DNA of 64,000 bases. It comes from Fibrobacteria bacterium (GTDB lineage: Bacteria; Fibrobacterota; Fibrobacteria; UBA11236). The notes under the pieces were generated by a model that was not told where the DNA came from, did not search any database, and worked only from the letters and a program-made list of their open reading frames with translations. Every line of letters starts with the position of its first letter. The first letter of the stretch is position 1. This document shows, in pieces, positions 59,238 through 64,000 of the stretch. Made by a program: the position numbers and the translations under genes. The DNA lies in contig JBDSWM010000255.1 in assembly GCA_039926685.1 (NCBI GenBank), positions 7,353-71,352 of the forward strand, read 5' to 3'.

Positions 59238-62200
59238 CTAAGGCTGGGCGGCGGTTTCCGGTTCGGGTTCGTTCCGATCTTCGCGATCTCCGCGCTCGTC
59301 GCCCCCTTGGCCGCCTTCGTCCGCCATGCGGCCCAGGGCCGCGTTGCAGGCATCGGTGAAACGGCGCCAGACATAGTCGCTTTGGGCGCGCGGCACGGCC
59401 CCGATGCGGCGCCATTCGCGTTGGAGGTTGGCCGCATGGCGGGCAGAGTCCGGTCCCGGATTGCGCGCCAGCGATTCCGCGTCCGCGATGAGCTCCAGTT
59501 TCTTCTCCAGGTTGACCTGCGGATCCTCGGGACGTATCCCCAAGGCTACCCGGCGCTCCTCGAAGAACGCGTCGCAAGCCATATGGAACCGCTCCCAGAG
59601 GGTTTCGCTGACTTCACGCGGCACCGGGCCGATCTTCTTCCATTCCTTCTGGATGGTCTTGACCTTCTCCGTATTCTCGTTCCAGTCCGTCGAACCTTCC
59701 TTCACCTTGAAGCGGGCGATGTCCATGGGCAGGCTCTCCGTCTGCCAGGCGGCGCGCGCTTTGGCTTCCTCCTCGCTAAGCGGGCGGGAGAGCATGGCTT
59801 CCACCAGGAAGCACAAATCGGTTTTGCGCTTGAGGTTGCCTCCGCGCTCCTGATCGCGCTTGGCGGAGTTTTCCTTGAGCCGGTCGAAAAAGGCGTCGCA
59901 GGCGGAGCGGAATCGCTTCCATAACTCGCGATCGGACTCGCGGGGGGCGGGGCCGGTGGCCTTCCAGCGTTCCTGCAGGGTCTTGATCTTGTCGATGGTG
60001 GCTTTCCACTCGGTGGATCCGATCAGGGACTCGGCCTCGATGCAGATATCCTCCTTGGCCTTGGCGTTCTCTTCGCGCGCCAGGCGCTCTTCGCCCATGC
60101 GGGACTTGCGGCCTTCGAAGTAGGTGTCGATGGGCTTGCGGAAACGCTCCCATAGGGCGTCGTCGGCTTCACGCGTCCCTGCCGGCCCCAATTCCTTCCA
60201 GGCCGCCTGGGCCTCCTTGATCCTGTCGAAACGGTCCTGATCGCCGGGCATGGATTCCAAGGCCTCCATCGCCAGGATCAGCTCTTCCTTCTTGGCCAGG
60301 TTGAGGGGCTTTTCCTGATCCAGCTTGTCCAGGAAGGCGCGGCGGGCCTGGTAGAATTTCTCGCAGGCCCCGTGGAAACGGTTCCAGATGGCGTCCGCCT
60401 GATCGCGCGGCACGGGCCCGATGGTTTTCCATTTCTCCTGGGCTTCCTTGATGCGGGTACCGGCGGTTTTCCATTCGGTGGAGTCGGCCAGGGATTCCGC
60501 AACGCCCACCAGCTCCAGCTTGCGGCCCAGGTTATCCAGGTTCTGCTTGTCCTTGCGTTCGAAAAAGGCGTTGAAGGCGGTACGGAACCGGCTCCAGATA
60601 GCGTCCGATTGGGCCTTTGGCACGGCGCCCAAAGTCTTCCAGGCGCTTTGCGCTTCCTTGACGGTTTCCATGGCCTCGCGCCAATCGATTTCTTCCGCGG
60701 CCGTGAGCGCCTCGATGCGGGCGCACAGTTCTTCCTTGGCTTTGAGGTTGCTTTCCCGCTCTTCGTCCAGTTCGGCGTAGTATTCGCGGCAGCGTTCATA
60801 GAGCTTGTCGGAAACCTGATGGTACCTGTCCCACAGGGCTTCCGAGCTGTCCCAGGGCACGGGCCCCAGCGATTTCCATTCCCCTTGCAGCTCCTGGAAG
60901 CGGAGCACCATGCCTTTGCGATCCTCACCTTCGGCCGATTCCTGGGCCGCCAGCGCTTCCAATCGATCGCATATGGAGGTCTTGGCGCGCAAGTTGGACC
61001 AGCGCAGCCAATCGGACGCTTCGCGGAAGCGATCCAGGAAGGCCTGGTAGCCGGCCAGGATATGCTCCGCTTCCGGTCCCACGGGCGCGGGGTGCAAGGC
61101 GCGCCATTCCCCGTTCAGGCCTTTGAAGCTTTTCTCGGCCGCGGTCATGTCCGGGCTTTCCAACAGCGCTTCCATAAGGGGAAGCAGGTCTTTCATGCGC
61201 TGCAGATTGGCGGCGCGCATCTGATCCAGGGAAGCCTGGGTGGACGCGACGGCGTTCTCGAAGCGGATGCGGTATTCTTCCTTGCCGGCGAATCCGCCGG
61301 CCGCGCCCAAGGCTTTGCTCCAATCCCGGCGCAGATCGCGGAAACGGTCGGCGGCCTGTCCGGCGGGGATTTGCGCCAGGGCCTCGGCCTGTTCGCACAA
61401 AGACGCTAAGCGTCCGCCATGTTCCTTCTCTTCCGCGCCGCGGCGGGCCATGAGATCCCGGTCCCGGACGCGGCGTTCGATTTTCTCCAGGGCGGAGCGG
61501 AAACGCCTTTGCGTTTCGCCCTCATCCTGGGATTGCCCGATGCTCTGGAAACGTTCGCGCAAAGCGCGGGCGCGGGCAAGAAGAGGGTTCATGGGCTCCG
61601 GCGCAGGGGCTTTTTCGATCGCTTTTTCGATTGGTTTAGCGACGGGATTGTCGATGGCGTTTTCCGAAGGGGAATCCGTCCCGCTCGCCGTCGCGGATTC
61701 GGCCGGGGTAGCCGCGGGGGCCGGTGCATCCGGGGCGCCCGAGGCAGGAGTAAAGGCTTCCAGGTCGACTCCGGAATCGGAAAGGGCCTCGATCTCGGCG
61801 CATAGCGCTTCCTTGAGACGCAGGTTCTCGGCGGCCTGCTTTTCCCTCTCCTCGCGTTCGTTCTTTTCATTGCGCCAGCGGGCGTAACGGGCGCGGTACT
61901 TGAAGACGCCTTCGCGGAAGCGCGCCAGCTTGGCGGCGTCCGGCGCCGTGCCGGTGGCTTGCAGATCCGCGAGTGCGGCTTCGGCTTCGTCGAGCCGGGT
62001 CTTTCCGCTTTCCCAATCGTATTTTGGCGGGTTTTCATCGGCGGCCAGCGCCAGCTTGTCCACGGCGGAGAGCACCAATCCCAGTTTGGCCCGGTTCACC
62101 GTGGCCGCGTCCGGGCCTTTCACGATGTTCAACGATTTCAGGCGTTCCTTGGCGGCGATGCGCACGGCCTTGCTTTTGGCGCTCTTCGCGAGGCTTTCCA

Positions 62201-62699
62201 ATTGGCCTTCGCGGGAGACCTTGTCCAAGGCCTTCAGGGCCAGGCCATTGTCGGTTTCGTGCAAGGCGATGGCATGGAAGGCGCCGGCATGCACCAATTT
62301 CCCGAAAGCCAAGGCGCGGATATCCAGGGACGCGGCGGTTTTGGCGATGTCTTCCAAGGCACGCTGGTCATCCCCGATCCCATCCAAGGCGGTCCGGCCT
62401 TTCTCGAAGGCGGTCGGATCGGCGCCCGCCGCTTTGGCGGCAGCCACCTGGCTGTCCACCCAAGCCTTCTGGGCCAGGTCCTTGATGTTCCGGTCGGTAG
62501 TGCGGTCGCGCAGGTTTTTCAGCAGCTCCGCATCCTTCACCTTGCGCGCCGCCATCAGGCGGTTGCCGGCATCGCCGTCCTCGAGCGCTATGGTCATGAG
62601 CAGGGGCTGTTGATCCTCCTCCAGGGAGCGGATGGCCGCCGCGCGCATGGCCGGTTCGCTGTGCTTCCACTGCGGTTTGAAAAAATCCATGAATCCCAT
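59238..62699 (-). CDS. large DUF349 repeat protein (about 1150 aa)
   Basis: at least 9 tandem about 75-aa repeats with the W(K/Q)xxGPVPR...LWxRF signature (for example EAQEKWKTIGPVPRDQADAIWNRFHGACEKFY). Confidence 0.7.
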   Translation of the reverse strand: MGFMDFFKPQWKHSEPAMRAAAIRSLEEDQQPLLMTIALEDGDAGNRLMAARKVKDAELLKNLRDRTTDRNIKDLAQKAWVDSQVAAAKAAGADPTAFEKGRTALDGIGDDQRALEDIAKTAASLDIRALAFGKLVHAGAFHAIALHETDNGLALKALDKVSREGQLESLAKSAKSKAVRIAAKERLKSLNIVKGPDAATVNRAKLGLVLSAVDKLALAADENPPKYDWESGKTRLDEAEAALADLQATGTAPDAAKLARFREGVFKYRARYARWRNEKNEREEREKQAAENLRLKEALCAEIEALSDSGVDLEAFTPASGAPDAPAPAATPAESATASGTDSPSENAIDNPVAKPIEKAIEKAPAPEPMNPLLARARALRERFQSIGQSQDEGETQRRFRSALEKIERRVRDRDLMARRGAEEKEHGGRLASLCEQAEALAQIPAGQAADRFRDLRRDWSKALGAAGGFAGKEEYRIRFENAVASTQASLDQMRAANLQRMKDLLPLMEALLESPDMTAAEKSFKGLNGEWRALHPAPVGPEAEHILAGYQAFLDRFREASDWLRWSNLRAKTSICDRLEALAAQESAEGEDRKGMVLRFQELQGEWKSLGPVPWDSSEALWDRYHQVSDKLYERCREYYAELDEERESNLKAKEELCARIEALTAAEEIDWREAMETVKEAQSAWKTLGAVPKAQSDAIWSRFRTAFNAFFERKDKQNLDNLGRKLELVGVAESLADSTEWKTAGTRIKEAQEKWKTIGPVPRDQADAIWNRFHGACEKFYQARRAFLDKLDQEKPLNLAKKEELILAMEALESMPGDQDRFDRIKEAQAAWKELGPAGTREADDALWERFRKPIDTYFEGRKSRMGEERLAREENAKAKEDICIEAESLIGSTEWKATIDKIKTLQERWKATGPAPRESDRELWKRFRSACDAFFDRLKENSAKRDQERGGNLKRKTDLCFLVEAMLSRPLSEEEAKARAAWQTESLPMDIARFKVKEGSTDWNENTEKVKTIQKEWKKIGPVPREVSETLWERFHMACDAFFEERRVALGIRPEDPQVNLEKKLELIADAESLARNPGPDSARHAANLQREWRRIGAVPRAQSDYVWRRFTDACNAALGRMADEGGQGGDERGDREDRNEPEPETAAQP

Positions 62700-62858
62700 G
62701 AGAGCTCCCGAGGTGAATGGGAGGACCGCTTCGTTACCGCGGCCAGGGACCGCCGGCGGAAAAGGGATCCCCGAGGGATCATATTGTAAAAAATAGGTAT
62801 CGCCCCGCAAAGGTGCGCGGGCAGGGAAAGCGTGGGTAATCGCGGAAGGGGCGGTTTA

Positions 62859-63848
62859 TCAGGGATGCCGGTTCAGGCAGTCGTCATCGACGCAAAGCCC
62901 CACCTGCAGGGTGATATGATCGACATGGAAATCGCGGTTGAGGGAGCGGGTAAGCGCGGCCACCGCTTCCTTTTCCGCGCCCGCCGCCTTTTCCGGGTTC
63001 CCCGTGCTCCCGGCCGCGGCGATTTCCACATGGGCGCTGAGATACAGATCACGCCCATTCATGGTCCACACATGCAGATCATGCACGCTGCGCACGCGCG
63101 GATCGGAGAGCATGGCGGAACGCATGGTTTCGATTTGCACTCCCTCCGGCGTGCCTTCCACCAGGATATGCCCGCTGCGCCGCAGCACCCGGATGCCGGG
63201 TACGATGATGGCGGCCGACAAAGCCAGGCTAAGCACGGGATCGGCCCATATCCATCCGAATTCCAGGATTAAAATGGCGGCCGCCACGGCGCATACGGAG
63301 GCGCCCAGATCCCCGACTACGTGCCAGAAGGCGCCTTCTTCGTTGACGGTCTTCTCATGCCCGCCGCGATGCAACCACCAGGCCACCGCCAGGTTCACGA
63401 CCAGGCCCGCGCATGCCACCCATAGCATCGGGCCCGCTTCCACCCGCTGGGGATGGAAAAGCCTGGTCACGGCTTGGCCGGCGATGAGGAGGGAAAGCAG
63501 GATCAAGGTGAGGCCGTTGCCGAAAGCGGCCAGGATCTCCAGACGCTTGAAGCCGAAGGTCTTCGCTTCCGTGGCCTTGCGCGACCCAAGCGAGACGGCG
63601 GCGGCGGATAGGCCGAGCGATACGGCGTCGGATAGCATATGAAAGCCGTCCGACATCAAGGTCAAGGAATGGAACAGCCAGCCGCAAACGATTTCCACCA
63701 CCATGAAGGCGGCTATGATCCAGAAACTGACCAGCAGCTTTCCGTAGGAAGCATGCTGCGCATGGCTGGCGCCGCCCTGATGATCATGGCCATGCCCCTG
63801 GTCGTGGCTCTGGTCGTGGTCGTGATGATGCGGGTGGTTGTTTCCCAT
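62859..63848 (-). CDS. czcD: cation diffusion facilitator (CDF) family metal efflux transporter (CzcD/ZitB-like)
   Basis: His-rich N-terminus HHHDHDQSHDQGHGHDH; TM2/TM5 metal-site motifs HMLSDAVSLG and HVVGDLGASV; six TM helices plus a C-terminal cytoplasmic domain. Confidence 0.8.
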   Translation of the reverse strand: MGNNHPHHHDHDQSHDQGHGHDHQGGASHAQHASYGKLLVSFWIIAAFMVVEIVCGWLFHSLTLMSDGFHMLSDAVSLGLSAAAVSLGSRKATEAKTFGFKRLEILAAFGNGLTLILLSLLIAGQAVTRLFHPQRVEAGPMLWVACAGLVVNLAVAWWLHRGGHEKTVNEEGAFWHVVGDLGASVCAVAAAILILEFGWIWADPVLSLALSAAIIVPGIRVLRRSGHILVEGTPEGVQIETMRSAMLSDPRVRSVHDLHVWTMNGRDLYLSAHVEIAAAGSTGNPEKAAGAEKEAVAALTRSLNRDFHVDHITLQVGLCVDDDCLNRHP

Positions 63849-64000
63849 GGCTCCGGATTCTTCTCCCTAATATACCCTATGATACCTTAGGATGACCCAA
63901 GGGAAGGCAAAACCTCCGGTTCCCGGTCCGTTGCGATACCGGATTTCCGCCGGTGCGGTGGGGAAAACCGGGCTAAGGTTGATTCACGGAAGCTTTGCCG

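Overview
High-GC (by eye about 60%) bacterial chromosomal segment. The gene content points to a polysaccharide-degrading member of the Fibrobacteres-Chlorobi-Bacteroidetes supergroup. A SusC/SusD pair sits beside a GH9 cellulase, a GH8 enzyme and three tandem carbohydrate esterases. Several secreted proteins end in type IX secretion (T9SS)-like C-terminal domains, a TIGR02147-family protein is present, and the promoter-like motifs are Bacteroidetes-style TAnnTTTG. Two full RibD_C-family proteins flank the start and a VWA T9SS-cargo protein follows. Then comes a PQQ-dependent sugar dehydrogenase fused to PA14 and ConA-like domains, a LamG protein, and an AT-rich membrane protein next to an APH-family kinase. 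The central locus is a cellulose/beta-glucan utilization locus: GH9 > susC > susD > susE-like > exbB-exbD-tonB. After it comes a GNAT/DUF1801 pair, a lower-GC patch with a membrane-anchored Nudix protein, a frameshifted RibD_C pseudogene and an M50B-like membrane peptidase, then a TIGR02147 plus DUF2341/LamG lipoprotein operon, the esterases and an FG-GAP protein. The most unusual region is a visibly AT-rich island of about 3.7 kb (roughly 34.85-38.6 kb). It carries a small GIY-YIG nuclease, two tiny ORFs, a T9SS-tailed BNR beta-propeller and two direct copies of a 350-450 bp element whose hairpins covary. The rest holds housekeeping and accessory genes: a membrane-anchored alpha/beta hydrolase, a TetR-regulated SDR, a Crp/Fnr regulator with an FNR-like box, MBL, macAB-tolC, exoD, pgi, GH8, a MarR/NmrA pair, a giant DUF349 protein and czcD. 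No rRNA, tRNA or CRISPR array was recognised. Many long antisense ORFs in the six-frame track are GC-bias artefacts.
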